Assembly: GCA_005223125.1 (NCBI GenBank)
Contig: NJBH01000013.1
Coordinates: 32,239 to 96,238 of the forward strand
Length of the DNA: 64,000 nt
From: Promethearchaeota archaeon Loki_b32
Lineage (GTDB): Archaea > Asgardarchaeota > Lokiarchaeia > Sigyniarchaeales > SOKP01
Direction of reading: 5' to 3'
Below, piece after piece: positions 63,657 to 64,000 of this stretch; position 1 is the stretch's first letter; each line of letters opens with the position of its first letter. The position numbers and the translations under genes are program-made. The notes beneath the pieces are model-generated. The model was not told the origin of the DNA and did not search any database. It saw only the letters and a list, made by a program, of their open reading frames with translations.

Positions 63657-64000
63657 ATGGTAACAATACGAAGAGAAAGAGTTCTTATGGAAGCAACTGA
63701 ACACGAGTTTGAAAATCAGGCTGTATTAAACCCTACGGTGGTTCAGCAAGGAGATACATTACATTTGTTTTATCGTGCTGTAAAAGAAGGAAATTATTCA
63801 AGTATTGGTTATTGTAAATTAAAAGGGCCCTTGAATATCGTAGAAAGGAGAAATAGCCCTATTTTGTTTCCTGAACATGATTATGAAATACATGGTACAG
63901 AAGATCCTAGAATTGTTTTTCTTGATGATACATATTTCATGTTTTACACGGCCTATGATGGAAGAAATGCATTAATAGCATACGCAACTAGTAAAGATTT
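63657..64000 (+). CDS. GH130-family glycoside phosphorylase/hydrolase, 5' part (runs off window)
   Basis: My own translation gives MVTIRRERVLMEATEHEFENQAVLNPTVVQQGDTLHLFYRAVKEGNYSSIGYCKLKGPL...HGTEDPRIVFLDDTYFMFYTAYDGRN. It shows the same GH130 motifs (NP..V, EDPRI, TAYDG) as 54690..55646. Confidence 0.8.
   Translation, partial: MVTIRRERVLMEATEHEFENQAVLNPTVVQQGDTLHLFYRAVKEGNYSSIGYCKLKGPLNIVERRNSPILFPEHDYEIHGTEDPRIVFLDDTYFMFYTAYDGRNALIAYATSKD

Noticed and set aside
1-64000. Genome-wide TAG reassignment (pyrrolysine or sense-codon recoding) as the explanation for the two in-frame TAGs
   Set aside because: TAG ends ORFs 685..954, 5080..5373, 36503..37768 and 42907..43671, and two of these (685..954, 36503..37768) meet a second stop within a few codons. 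TAG therefore clearly functions as a stop here. Only local readthrough or nonsense mutation remains possible.
1-64000. CRISPR arrays, rRNA and tRNA genes
   Set aside because: Scanning intergenic regions by eye found no regularly spaced short repeats. I also found no GC-rich structured islands of tRNA or rRNA type. A tRNAscan/Infernal run would be needed to be certain.

Overview
Very AT-rich (about 30% GC by eye, not computed) archaeal chromosomal segment. It holds about 60 protein genes on both strands, with short spacers and frequent GGTGAT/GAGGT-type Shine-Dalgarno (SD) motifs. I could not recognise any rRNA, tRNA or CRISPR array by eye.

Likely source (inference): a Lokiarchaeia-type Asgard archaeon. 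The supporting gene content is a eukaryote-like actin-family protein, two Ras/Rab-like small GTPases, a DRG/TGS GTPase, longin-like small proteins, a C4C4 RING-like finger, archaeal EndA, a PIN-domain ATPase and a TBP-derived relic.

Confidently recognised housekeeping genes: guaB, purH, folD, thrC, ino1, a PfkB kinase, 3-hydroxyacyl-CoA dehydrogenase, an NMO/FabK-like oxidoreductase, a sirtuin, a PAS histidine kinase, an SF2 helicase, and transporters (ABC-2, ECF-S, ZIP, APC, MFS).

Most unusual observations:
1. An ~11-kb cassette (51976-63624) bracketed by 653-bp direct repeats. Each repeat carries a differently defective copy of a ParB/Srx-like gene. The interior holds an inositol-phosphate/CDP-alcohol/glycosyltransferase operon that includes a compact RtcB-like protein, together with several gene relics.
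2. Four genes whose conserved N-termini lie upstream of any ATG/GTG/TTG. Each has an SD motif correctly spaced before an in-frame ATT or ATA.
3. Unusual domain architectures: actin with a double zinc-ribbon insert, ThrC fused to a winged HTH, MFS fused to a RING-like finger, a Rab-like GTPase fused to a zinc ribbon, and a DRG with degenerate G motifs.
4. Many frameshifted or truncated genes, several at A/T homopolymers.

All family assignments come from motif recognition by eye. None was verified by a database search.
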